The translations under genes and the position numbers were made by a program. This document shows, in pieces, positions 8,399 through 18,010 of a stretch of DNA of 64,000 nucleotides. Positions within the stretch are counted from its first letter, which is position 1, and each line of letters begins with the position of its first letter. The notes beneath the pieces are model-generated. The model was not told where the DNA came from, ran no database searches, and worked only from the letters and a program-made list of their open reading frames with translations. The stretch is from positions 144,808-208,807 of IMG/VR virus record IMGVR_UViG_3300042566_001512. One strand, given 5' to 3'.

Positions 8399-10882
8399 AT
8401 GAAATACATTTACATTGAATTAAATAATTTCAAGAGAATGCCGCTGACTATAGGTGAACATTTCTCAATGGTTATAACGAATCCTATACAGATAATTCTA
8501 GGTACAAACGGTAGCGGAAAATCCAGGCTCATAAATGAACTCACGCCTTTCCCCCCAAATTCAAACGACTATTCTAAAAACGGCAGCAAGATAATAAAGA
8601 TTGAGCATAAAAATAAAATATATACATTAAAGACCGTTTTTAGTCCAAGCACAAAACATTCTTTTCATATAGACGATCAGGAAAACCTAAACGACGGAGG
8701 CACTCTCGGTGTTCAGGTCAGGTTAATTAAGGAGCATTTCGATTTCACACAAGAAACAAACGCCCTACTTCACGATCAAGAGTTATTCACTAACATGTCT
8801 CCTTCCCGAAAGAAGGAATGGTTTATAGAGATATGCGAGACGGATTACAACTACGCCATTGCGCAATATAACAAATTAAAAGAGAAATATAGAGATTGCT
8901 TAGGCGCACTAAAAATAACTAAAAAACGTCTAGCGGCCGAAACTGAAAAAACTCTAAAAAACCAAGAGCAAGAAAAAATACATGAAGAAGTAAGTCAACT
9001 GCATTCTCTATTGAGTCATCTTCTAGAATACAGGAGACCTGTAGAGAACAGCACCCAGGATATAGAGACCGAAATAAATAGACTAGAGTCACAGGTGCAG
9101 AGGTCGGCAACGCAGCTAATGTCTGTTTTGTCAAAAGACACGGCATACAGCGGGTACACTCTAGAGCATTTAACTGTTTTATCAAATAGATTAAATCAAT
9201 CCATCAATACCCTAAATGCTTTTCTAGACGAGTACACAAAACAATACGGCAAAAATTTAGAAAAGATAAAAATATTACAGCAAGCAGAACAAAGCACAAT
9301 TTCTACATTAGAACAAGAGATAGTCGAGTTAACTAATCAAAACTCTCACGTTCTAAAAAAGATAGGTGTTTTTTGCATTGGCAGTGCATCGTCGGCTTAC
9401 GAAAGTTTCCAAAATATAAAACAAATGCTTACGGAAATATGCACAAGCATACCGTCTAATAAAGATAAAAAATTCAATAATGATTCACTGAGGCGCTCCA
9501 GGGATGAGCTCGGCGCATTAAACATAAAAAAGCAAGCTGCACTAGAAAACATCTCTAGTAAACAAGCTCAGCTAAGGCATCTTTTGCTACACAAGGAAAC
9601 CCAACTGGTAAGTTGCACAAAATGCAATCACAAATTTTCTCTTGTGTATAACGAGAATACGCGAATGGAACTAGAGTCATCAATACAGCTAGCCCAGGAC
9701 AAATTAGATTTAATAAATGACAGTATAAAAACAACCCAAGCCTACGTCGATGAATGCCTTGAGTATTCTAGTCTCTATAGACAGTACAACCAAATGACTA
9801 CGGGTAACCCCGCACTACAGCCTTACTGGGATGACCTGAGAGAAAAGAACATAATTACAGACGATCCCAAGTCCGCTGTCCATCAACTAAACCAGTATGA
9901 GCAATTCTTAAAACTTCAAATAGAAGCTCAAAATACATCAGATAAGATAGAGAAAAAACAAAACCTTCTTAACTCCCTTAGAAACGTTGGCACTGAGAGC
10001 CTTCAAACCCTTCTAGATGCAAATAATTATCTTTATTCTAGGGTAGATAGAACTACTGAAAAAATAAGCTGTAAGAGCCGTAAATTAGAATTGATTAATT
10101 CTCTTATACAAAGAAAAAAGACAGTCGAAGCTATTAGTGAAAAAATAAAAACATTGTTAAATGAACATTCAGAGTGCACCGCACAATACATTGAGACCAT
10201 TAGAAGAGAAATGTTAAATGCACTTATTAAGCAGCTACAATCTGAACTAGGGGCTAAGGAGCATATTTTACATCTAGCATCTAATCAAAAAAGCGTAATT
10301 GCAAACATAGAAGAACAGATCGCAGATTTAGAAGTGGATAGACAAGCCCTTAGTTTATTGATAGACCAGTTATCGCCAAATGACGGCTTAATAGCCCAGG
10401 GATTGCTGGGGTTTATAAAATCGTTTATTGGCCAGATGAATACATTAATTGATAAAGTATGGTCATATCCAATGACAATAGGGACTTGCGACGTAAAAGA
10501 TGACGAATCTCTTGATTTGGACTATAGATTTCCAGTAAACCAAGGAGATGACCAAGACGGCGCACCAGACGTATCTCTTTGCTCTAAAGGAATGAAAGAA
10601 ATAATTAATCTGTCTTTTAAGATCACGGCAATGAAGTATCTAAATTTACTTGATACTCCTTTATACCTAGATGAGTTTGGTTCGGCCATGGACGGCGGTC
10701 ACCGTTCAGAGGTAATCTCTCTTATTAAGACTTTTAACGAACAAAAGACATTTAGTCAGACGTTTATAGTTAGTCACGACGTTACTCAGTATAATTCATT
10801 ACCAAATTCTGAAGTTTGCGTTATTTGCGACATCGGCGTAGTGGTCCCTAGTAAATATAACGAACACGTTACTTTTAAGTAA
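8399..10882 (+). CDS. sbcC: SbcC/Rad50-like SMC ATPase
   Basis: Walker A GTNGSGKS, long coiled coils, central CTKC zinc hook, Walker B LYLDEFG, H-loop VSHD. Confidence 0.9.
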   Translation: MKYIYIELNNFKRMPLTIGEHFSMVITNPIQIILGTNGSGKSRLINELTPFPPNSNDYSKNGSKIIKIEHKNKIYTLKTVFSPSTKHSFHIDDQENLNDGGTLGVQVRLIKEHFDFTQETNALLHDQELFTNMSPSRKKEWFIEICETDYNYAIAQYNKLKEKYRDCLGALKITKKRLAAETEKTLKNQEQEKIHEEVSQLHSLLSHLLEYRRPVENSTQDIETEINRLESQVQRSATQLMSVLSKDTAYSGYTLEHLTVLSNRLNQSINTLNAFLDEYTKQYGKNLEKIKILQQAEQSTISTLEQEIVELTNQNSHVLKKIGVFCIGSASSAYESFQNIKQMLTEICTSIPSNKDKKFNNDSLRRSRDELGALNIKKQAALENISSKQAQLRHLLLHKETQLVSCTKCNHKFSLVYNENTRMELESSIQLAQDKLDLINDSIKTTQAYVDECLEYSSLYRQYNQMTTGNPALQPYWDDLREKNIITDDPKSAVHQLNQYEQFLKLQIEAQNTSDKIEKKQNLLNSLRNVGTESLQTLLDANNYLYSRVDRTTEKISCKSRKLELINSLIQRKKTVEAISEKIKTLLNEHSECTAQYIETIRREMLNALIKQLQSELGAKEHILHLASNQKSVIANIEEQIADLEVDRQALSLLIDQLSPNDGLIAQGLLGFIKSFIGQMNTLIDKVWSYPMTIGTCDVKDDESLDLDYRFPVNQGDDQDGAPDVSLCSKGMKEIINLSFKITAMKYLNLLDTPLYLDEFGSAMDGGHRSEVISLIKTFNEQKTFSQTFIVSHDVTQYNSLPNSEVCVICDIGVVVPSKYNEHVTFK

Positions 10883-11207
10883 TTTATTTTTAAAGCTATA
10901 AATATTTAGAATGACGGCATACGCCCCAGATATGTTCCTATGTACAGTAAAACAGAATAATAATATTTTACAATTCGTCAAAGACGAATACCTCGACGTA
11001 GTAAAACTATTCTGAATGTAAAGCTAATAGCAAAACATGATAAATATTGTTTGATTTATAAAAACGGTAAATACATGGCCTCTTGTGGTGGTCCTTGGAC
11101 CACCACAAGAGGCATTGAATCATTGGGGTGATAATCACCCTGTACAAGAAAAGTGCCGCATTGTTTAGGATGGCATTCCTAAACAATGTGCAATAATTAG
11201 AATATGT

Positions 11208-11240
11208 CATAATAGCCCTGGTATTACCAGGGCTATTATG
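11208..11240. terminator. intergenic palindrome
   Basis: CATAATAGCCCTGGTA-t-TACCAGGGCTATTATG. Confidence 0.55.
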
Positions 11241-11260
11241 ATTTAAATCCTATTATATTT

Positions 11261-11306
11261 TTTCAGTCACATATACCTGACTCACATAGAAACAATATTG
11301 TTTCTA
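11261..11306 (+). promoter_or_regulatory. degenerate copy of repeated putative early promoter + leader hairpin
   Basis: TTTCAGTCACATATAcCTgA...TAGAAACAATATTGTTTCTA aligns without gaps to the copies at 22921 and 51789. Confidence 0.65.
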
Positions 11307-11505
11307 ATCCCATTCGCTAATACGGCACGAAAGGATCCACCGTGCTCAATTTCCAAAACCCTGGCACAGAACATTGTAAAAGTTATAGAGGTCATCATTG
11401 TCGTCAAGATCATCGAGGTGATCAATCGGCAACAATGATTCACGATGACTGGTTAGTTAAATATTAGTCGAATTTAACTATACTGAACGTTAACGTAGAT
11501 GGTCT

Positions 11506-11598
11506 ATGCTGAATAAATTCAGCATTGTTCTTTTCATTATCATCTTAATTTCAGCACTGGTGTTTTATGTAAGTCTATTCTTTTACATATACTTATAA
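11506..11598 (+). CDS. 30-aa single-pass membrane micro-protein (not in ORF track)
   Basis: MLNKFSIVLFIIILISALVFYVSLFFYIYL; downstream of the promoter repeat; weak SD. Confidence 0.4.
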   Translation: MLNKFSIVLFIIILISALVFYVSLFFYIYL

Positions 11599-11902
11599 CG
11601 AAATACTAACTGTGACATCGTGTCTATACGACCCAATATGAATTTACTTCTCATCTCCATCGTAATCGTGTACCTGGTATAGGATCTCGGTACTTGTCTT
11701 ATGGCAAAAAACGAATACCGTGCCGGGCGGTACAATCTGGATTAATATATTTCATCCGTATTCTGGGCCAAAGTACCCGTCATTAACACACTAATGCCGG
11801 TCCTCGGAGCCACGATGTGCATGATCTATCGATTGTCTTTCGGTGTGGAAGAATAAGCGGAGCCGACGCTCTTGCCTAAATAGTAACATGATTGGATAAG
11901 AG

Positions 11903-11950
11903 CACACTCCGTGGATAATTCCACGGAGTGTGTGTCTTTTTCTTTTCTTT
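11903..11950 (+). terminator. intrinsic terminator
   Basis: CACACTCCGTGGA-taat-TCCACGGAGTGTG followed by T-rich tract. Confidence 0.7.
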
Positions 11951-12003
11951 TTCAAATACAAAACATAATTTCTTAATTTTGCACAGTTATGTGTTCTTAC
12001 GAT

Positions 12004-12630
12004 TTAAGGAATCGTGATGCTGTTTTTAATAAACGTTTCCAGCACTTGTATTTTTTGATATAAATCAGCCGTAATGCTTTCCAGTTGAGATACTCGCAAT
12101 CTACTGGATACATTGTTTGTAATGTTTGTTATTCGTGCCTGCTCTACTGCCGCGTGCTCTTCTTGCGTTAGTATACTGGGCTCGGCATAAACGACTTCTT
12201 TTATCTCTGAACGAACGCCAATGTAGTTGAACACCACGTCCGATATTTCTTGTTTTAAGTCAGAAATGTCTAAATCGTCAGGTATGGCCGATAAAGATAT
12301 TCCTAGCATTACAATCCTGTAAGGTACGCCATTTGCGTCAGGTATGGCTTCTATGTATATTTCAGGTACTGATATTATCTCACCAATCGCCGATTCAAAC
12401 GTAATTATTCTAACACCGGCATCGGAGTCTGAATCGAACTGGGCTTGGGTCAGGCCTGCCGGCTCATACACGTCGGAAAAGGGATCGTCTCCTTTTGCAA
12501 CTAAACCATTTATAGTCTCCACTCCAATACACTGTTGTATTAGTCTAGGGTTTATTTGTGTGTCGAAAGGTGCTGTTGCCAACACGACGCCTTTCATGCC
12601 AACAGTAACGTTTATTCTTTGTACCGACAT
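12004..12630 (-). CDS. putative virion structural protein
   Basis: 208-aa ORF with acidic composition, in tandem with the upstream 440-aa ORF. Confidence 0.55.
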   Translation of the reverse strand: MSVQRINVTVGMKGVVLATAPFDTQINPRLIQQCIGVETINGLVAKGDDPFSDVYEPAGLTQAQFDSDSDAGVRIITFESAIGEIISVPEIYIEAIPDANGVPYRIVMLGISLSAIPDDLDISDLKQEISDVVFNYIGVRSEIKEVVYAEPSILTQEEHAAVEQARITNITNNVSSRLRVSQLESITADLYQKIQVLETFIKNSITIP

Positions 12631-12645
12631 AACTATTATAACCTT

Positions 12646-13968
12646 TTAATCGTAAAGAGGCGTAGTCAATTTACTAGATACAAGCAATTCGATATTCATG
12701 TATCTTGTACTAATGAAAACAATGCCGTATCTCTGTACCTTTCTATAACCGATGGGTATATCTGCATTATAGGTTAAATTCTCGGCTATCAATATCATTT
12801 GCGTTAGGCGAGTGAGCAGTCCCTGTGTCTGAGAAGACATCCGGTTGTAATCTACGCTGGTAGAAGAAACATTTATTATATCCGGATATATCTGAGTAAT
12901 ATCAAATAGATTTTCACGATTCTCGTATCCACCAATAACCAGCAGGGCCAGAGACTTATATGGGTGCGGCATTATGCTGGCGTGTGACTGCACAAAAGAT
13001 CCAGCGTAACCCGTCTCGGGTGTTAGTATGGACTTAAGATAATCTATTTCTTTGTCTGCATAAATTACCGGTGAATATATTCCCGATTGTAAAACCATAT
13101 TAGGTATTGCATAGTTGTGCCATCTAGGGAAGAATATAAATTCGGTTCTTTTAAATATATCTGGAAATATTGCTCTCCATTCAGATTCACTTCTGTTAGT
13201 GTTATTTAGAATGTATGCCGCAATTGCTTCCCTTATGACGTCGTTATCGTTCCCGTTAAGACCATATACCAAAATAGACCAGTTAGTATTTATTAGATTT
13301 GCGCCGTTAACGGGATCTACCCAGTTAAAAGATACGCCGACCAACGCAGTCTCTGGATCGTCACCCCTGGCTACCTGAATATAGTTAAATCTTTCTGAAT
13401 GTGTTACATTGCTCACCAACATCTGAACGTTGGCAGCAGTGCTAAAAAAAGAGTCTATGTTCTCAATTGGAGGGACGACTACTATCTCGTAGTTATCGTA
13501 CTTCTGTCTGAAGCTTTGATCGCTAAGCCATATAGTGGTAATATTGTCTTCGTCCAGGTAGCTTCTAGTCTTCCAACTTATCCACTCTGGGAACTGTTTG
13601 CCATTTGATGCGTTTACCAGGCTACCGCATTCCATTGAGTCGCATTCTTCTGCAAAATTGGTGGCCAACGACAATAGAAACTGTTGGGTGTTCTCTATAG
13701 TAGTACTTGCCAATTGTCTAGTGTACACCCAGTCCAATATAGAGTGACCTATAGAAACTATAGACGGTACCGGGTCTATTTCTTCGGTAACGTCACTGGT
13801 GCTGCTAAACGTATAAATAGTTATATATGAATTTAAATTAGAAGGATATACCTTCTTGTCTTTACTAAAAGTGGCACTATAGATCGATAGCTCCCCAATA
13901 GGAGCAACAACGCCACTAACGTTACTAACCAGTGTCTCTATGCTAGCAAACCCTTTTAACTGGTACAT
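12646..13968 (-). CDS. phiKZ-like virion structural protein
   Basis: 440 aa; MYQLKGF...VAPIGELS and IFPDIFKRTEFIFFPRW motifs recalled from jumbo phage structural proteins; AAGGA SD. Confidence 0.6.
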   Translation of the reverse strand: MYQLKGFASIETLVSNVSGVVAPIGELSIYSATFSKDKKVYPSNLNSYITIYTFSSTSDVTEEIDPVPSIVSIGHSILDWVYTRQLASTTIENTQQFLLSLATNFAEECDSMECGSLVNASNGKQFPEWISWKTRSYLDEDNITTIWLSDQSFRQKYDNYEIVVVPPIENIDSFFSTAANVQMLVSNVTHSERFNYIQVARGDDPETALVGVSFNWVDPVNGANLINTNWSILVYGLNGNDNDVIREAIAAYILNNTNRSESEWRAIFPDIFKRTEFIFFPRWHNYAIPNMVLQSGIYSPVIYADKEIDYLKSILTPETGYAGSFVQSHASIMPHPYKSLALLVIGGYENRENLFDITQIYPDIINVSSTSVDYNRMSSQTQGLLTRLTQMILIAENLTYNADIPIGYRKVQRYGIVFISTRYMNIELLVSSKLTTPLYD

Positions 13969-14102
13969 GTCCGCGTTTCCTTTTAAAATTAAAAATGTTA
14001 TGTTTTAACGTAAACCTTTTTATGTAAAAAGGTAACCATAAAATGGTCAGCTGGTTTGCCCTATTAAGGTTTTAGAAAGATTAAAGAAAGGACTATTCAT
14101 AA

Positions 14103-14528
14103 ATGAGCGCAATAATCACAACAATAAAAATAATTATGTTTTTGTTTCCCTTTTTAAAAGAGTTATTTATTGGCAAAGGCACCCCTTCAGCAAAAAAGGC
14201 TAAAATGGGCTCTTTTGAGAAACTAATGAAGTTGTCTGTTATAGCAATAGGTTGCTTTTCCGTAGCACTAAACGTTTATTTGGCGGGCAGGGTGTACGGC
14301 TTGAGTAAAGAAAACTTAAATTTTCAAAAACAAATAAAAGAATTTTCCTCAAAAGTCATCGATTGCCCTAAGCACCATGACGTAATAAAAGCACCTATGG
14401 CAAATACCTCACCAATAGAGAACAAAAGACCGGAACGTGACGAACGTCACTTTAGAAGAGGCGCTGCTTTGCCACCGGATAGAGAAACGTATATTAAAGA
14501 ATTAGAAAGAATAAACAACATACGTTGA
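14103..14528 (+). CDS. membrane protein, candidate inner-membrane spanin
   Basis: Hydrophobic helix LSVIAIGCFSVALNVYLAG followed by a short coiled coil and Cys; precedes a lipoprotein gene. Confidence 0.5.
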   Translation: MSAIITTIKIIMFLFPFLKELFIGKGTPSAKKAKMGSFEKLMKLSVIAIGCFSVALNVYLAGRVYGLSKENLNFQKQIKEFSSKVIDCPKHHDVIKAPMANTSPIENKRPERDERHFRRGAALPPDRETYIKELERINNIR

Positions 14529-14556
14529 TTTAAATATCAGTTTCAAAGACACCACC

Positions 14557-14910
14557 ATGAAAACAAATACCTCTATAGTGATTTGCTTGTTTCTATTATC
14601 TGGTTGCAGCAACATGGGCAACAGTAGTTCTACTACGCAAAACTTTTATAACACCGAATATGTAAGCAATGAATATATTACGATCGGGGAACAAAAGGAA
14701 TGCAGGATGTACGTTCCTCTTGACTACACTTTAACTCCAGATATACCGATATTAAAGATTAGACAAGCGGCAGATAAAAGCGACGCCGAAGTAATTTTAG
14801 AACTTACTAAATACTTGAAAGAACTAAGAGAATATATAGCCAAGGAAAAGAGAGAACAAAAAGCTCATTATCAGAATTATATAGACGCATGTTTGTCTGA
14901 AGTAAAATGA
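14557..14910 (+). CDS. lipoprotein, candidate outer-membrane spanin
   Basis: Signal peptide MKTNTSIVICLFLLSG-C with lipobox LSGC; Pro-containing segment and helical C-terminus. Confidence 0.6.
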   Translation: MKTNTSIVICLFLLSGCSNMGNSSSTTQNFYNTEYVSNEYITIGEQKECRMYVPLDYTLTPDIPILKIRQAADKSDAEVILELTKYLKELREYIAKEKREQKAHYQNYIDACLSEVK

Positions 14911-14969
14911 TAAACTCGCAAAGATGGTTTGTAATGAAACCAATTTTTTAACAGTTCAAAAAGACAAAC

Positions 14970-16448
14970 ATGGCCAGTAAAGCAAAAGCTTCAAATACAA
15001 AACAACCCGCCATTGTAGAATCTCCAGTGGGCGCAGTGGTCTACACTGATGGAGGCTGCCGGCCGTCAAAGGGATTTGGCGGTTGGGGTATGCACGGATA
15101 CGTATACAGCGATCAGTCACCTAAAAAGGGTTCTGGTAACGCAAGGCAATATCTGACAGATTTGGGTTATTTACCTAAATCGGAAAACGAAAAACCAACA
15201 GAGATCAAGCCAATTAGCTACATTGAGGGATACGGTTCTTTCTCTCATGAGGTTACTAACAATATCGCTGAAATAACGGCGGCAGCTAAAGCCGCGGAAT
15301 ATCTGTGTAAATACGATCTAAAAAAGGTAAACATTCTAACAGACAGTGAACAGGTTATCAAGGCCTCCACCAGTTGGATAGACGTGTGGAAGAGCAACAA
15401 CTGGATTAAGTCCGACGGAATGCCCGTAGCTAACCGGGACCATTGGGAGTTTTTGGATAAAAATATCCAAGCCCTTAAAGATAAAGGGACCGAAGTGTGC
15501 TTTAAATGGGTAAGAGGGCACAACGGTAACGACGGAAACGAAAGAGCTGATCAGTTGGCCACCATGGGAGTAATAAACTCCATAGAGGGCTCGCATCGTA
15601 ACGAAATAGACCAGCAGCCGGCCGACGGGTACTGGTCACAATCTCACGATAGAAATAGGTTCATAACCCACCGATCCCTATATTTTATCTCTAGAAGAGA
15701 AACCGTCGTACCTGGCGAGTACTATATGGGCAATCACGGGAAAAACGACGAGCTGCTGGCCAAGAGAGCCGCCGATGGCTGCTACGCCTACGTTAAGGTA
15801 AAAACTCCGGACCCGGTAATAGAGATGGCACGTGAGCGCCAAATAAAAGCATGTGAAGGAAATGAGCACATTTTTATTTTAAAGCTTTCTAAACTTTTTT
15901 CACAGGAAGTTTATAACGACATGATGAAGTGGGGTGAGGCGTGTTTGTATAAAAAGAACACAAACCCCAAGCAGCGCGGGTATTTGAATCTTTACTACCT
16001 AGACAAAGAAGTAGTTACGGAACAACTGAGTCCGCCGTTGATAGCTATACGGGCCATTGAATCGGTGAACGTGCTAAAGGGTCTTCTTTTGGCATGGGAG
16101 TCAAAAGATCCAAACATTAACTGCACTGACGTTACTGATTATTTCTATGAAACTGACGATAAGAAGAACAATAAACTAAAGGAGATGTTTATTTCCGGTT
16201 TTATTGGTCTGAGAGTTAAAGTGGACAATTTTACAGGTCAAAAGGACGAAGTCGAACTCACGCTGGGTATCGATATACCGGAGCGAAATACTCTAAAGCG
16301 CCTGGAGAAAGACAAGCCAAAAATGACCGTTATTACTTGGAAAGAATCGGCCGAAATGTACAGATACGCAACTATAATTCAATGCAAAGAAGACATTGGC
16401 ATCTGGGCCGGCATGTATTCTAATTTCAAGATAGTGACTGTGAAATAA
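14970..16448 (+). CDS. rnhA: ribonuclease HI with C-terminal extension
   Basis: YTDGGC, TNNIAE, ILTDS, KWVRGHNG..GNERADQLA catalytic motifs. Confidence 0.93.
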   Translation: MASKAKASNTKQPAIVESPVGAVVYTDGGCRPSKGFGGWGMHGYVYSDQSPKKGSGNARQYLTDLGYLPKSENEKPTEIKPISYIEGYGSFSHEVTNNIAEITAAAKAAEYLCKYDLKKVNILTDSEQVIKASTSWIDVWKSNNWIKSDGMPVANRDHWEFLDKNIQALKDKGTEVCFKWVRGHNGNDGNERADQLATMGVINSIEGSHRNEIDQQPADGYWSQSHDRNRFITHRSLYFISRRETVVPGEYYMGNHGKNDELLAKRAADGCYAYVKVKTPDPVIEMARERQIKACEGNEHIFILKLSKLFSQEVYNDMMKWGEACLYKKNTNPKQRGYLNLYYLDKEVVTEQLSPPLIAIRAIESVNVLKGLLLAWESKDPNINCTDVTDYFYETDDKKNNKLKEMFISGFIGLRVKVDNFTGQKDEVELTLGIDIPERNTLKRLEKDKPKMTVITWKESAEMYRYATIIQCKEDIGIWAGMYSNFKIVTVK

Positions 16449-16522
16449 TAATGTAGTCTAGTATATTAGACTGACAAAAAACAAGACGACTTTTATCGTA
16501 ATCTAGTTAACAGGAATACAAA

Positions 16523-16951
16523 GTGAATCGCACAAATGCCACCACAGACAACCGAGCAATACAATACATAGTTAATAGACTACCGTCTCACCTAAAGCGC
16601 ATCATTTTCCTAGCCAGTATCACTGCCGTAGCAAAGAACTTAAAAGAACCCGACGACGAGTTCATAGGTAAGCTTAATGATTTAATGCAATTATCGAACA
16701 CCGGAAACAACGCACTTAAATTACCAATTTACATTAACAAACTAATCTGGAGTCACAGGGAGTGCATTCAAGAAGAGCTAAACGTGCTCACTAGTTCCAC
16801 CTGCGACCCGCAATCCCGTCAACATTGCGTAGACAGAATAAACAGCTTCACCCCTTCCTGGCTTAAATACGCCGACCAAGACACAATCATCGGAGACCTC
16901 AATAGATTGTTTCAAAAGGAAAACAGTCTATTTACTCACACTACAGTATAA
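16523..16951 (+). CDS. hypothetical protein
   Basis: 142 aa, GTG start with AGGA SD. Confidence 0.65.
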   Translation: MNRTNATTDNRAIQYIVNRLPSHLKRIIFLASITAVAKNLKEPDDEFIGKLNDLMQLSNTGNNALKLPIYINKLIWSHRECIQEELNVLTSSTCDPQSRQHCVDRINSFTPSWLKYADQDTIIGDLNRLFQKENSLFTHTTV

Positions 16952-16960
16952 AAACACTCA

Positions 16961-16994
16961 GCATATAGCCCCGGATTTTTTCCGGGGCTATATG
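16961..16994. terminator. bidirectional hairpin between convergent genes
   Basis: CATATAGCCCCGGA-ttttt-TCCGGGGCTATATG. Confidence 0.7.
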
Positions 16995-16997
16995 GCA

Positions 16998-17846
16998 TCA
17001 ACCGAATATTTCAGTAATTTTATTTACCGTATTATCAATTGCTGAGCTTAGTCCCAGCGCGCGATAGTAGGTATTGCTAAAGTATTCCATTTCCTTTGCC
17101 ACCTGATAAGCGCCTAAGGACAGCCTTTCTGCGGCTTCCGGTCTGGTCTTGGCTCCGTTTCTTTTTATGTTGTCTGCTATTAAAGCTAGATAATTAACGC
17201 AATGATCTATCTCTTTCTTAAGGGCGTTTCTGTCCACAGATTGAAAGTTATCTATCACTGCTTTTTGCTTCAGTATCACATCCGACCAGTCCGAATTACG
17301 TTGTACTACCTCACCAACCGCGGTTTCGGTTTTGTATGAATCGGCTTTATATAGCGAAGTAAATTTTTCTATTCTTTTGTCTCGTGCTTCTTCGAGTTTT
17401 GAATATTCGAATCTTTTTGATTCTGCTGATAGTGCGGTGTCAGCGTTCGAAAGAAAGCTAGCCAGATATAGGGAGTAAGGAGAAACAACATGTGCATATA
17501 AACCTTTGGCGTATTCGCTGGACTCCAATAGAGCATCTAGCATTGTTAAATATGTGCAATTCATGCCCTCAGGCTTGTAAGCACGCAACTGACGAACCTC
17601 TGTAAAGGGTATATTGTTTACTAAATCCAGAAATTTCTTGTTTTCTTTGGTAAAAGGCGTTGCCTGTGCGCTGGTATGAAAACCTCGCAATTGTAAATAA
17701 TCGCCAGTGTTTCTAAACGCGTTAAAAATATTATTAACAAACAAACCGAAATCACCAACAAAGCCCTCTTGGGCTATTGACTCGATGCTCAGTTGTCTGC
17801 TTAGTATACTCAGGGTAGAGATATCTACTTCTCTGCTTTTTGTCAT
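16998..17846 (-). CDS. virion head protein (phiKZ gp153-like), probable cleaved propeptide
   Basis: 282 aa; N-terminal LSIESIAQE-G fits S/A/G-x-E prohead protease sites; synteny between RNase H and UvsX. Confidence 0.6.
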   Translation of the reverse strand: MTKSREVDISTLSILSRQLSIESIAQEGFVGDFGLFVNNIFNAFRNTGDYLQLRGFHTSAQATPFTKENKKFLDLVNNIPFTEVRQLRAYKPEGMNCTYLTMLDALLESSEYAKGLYAHVVSPYSLYLASFLSNADTALSAESKRFEYSKLEEARDKRIEKFTSLYKADSYKTETAVGEVVQRNSDWSDVILKQKAVIDNFQSVDRNALKKEIDHCVNYLALIADNIKRNGAKTRPEAAERLSLGAYQVAKEMEYFSNTYYRALGLSSAIDNTVNKITEIFG

Positions 17847-18010
17847 ATATGTTTTCCTTTCACAGAACGCTTGATTTTTAATTGAGTTTTTAAACCGCTA
17901 GCACAGACACACCATTTATGAAAGAAGCCCTTTATTGCTCTGTAAAAATATAGTTACGTGTGATAGTTTGTAAGAGAATCCCATTTAACTAAAAGAAAGT
18001 CAACCCTATC

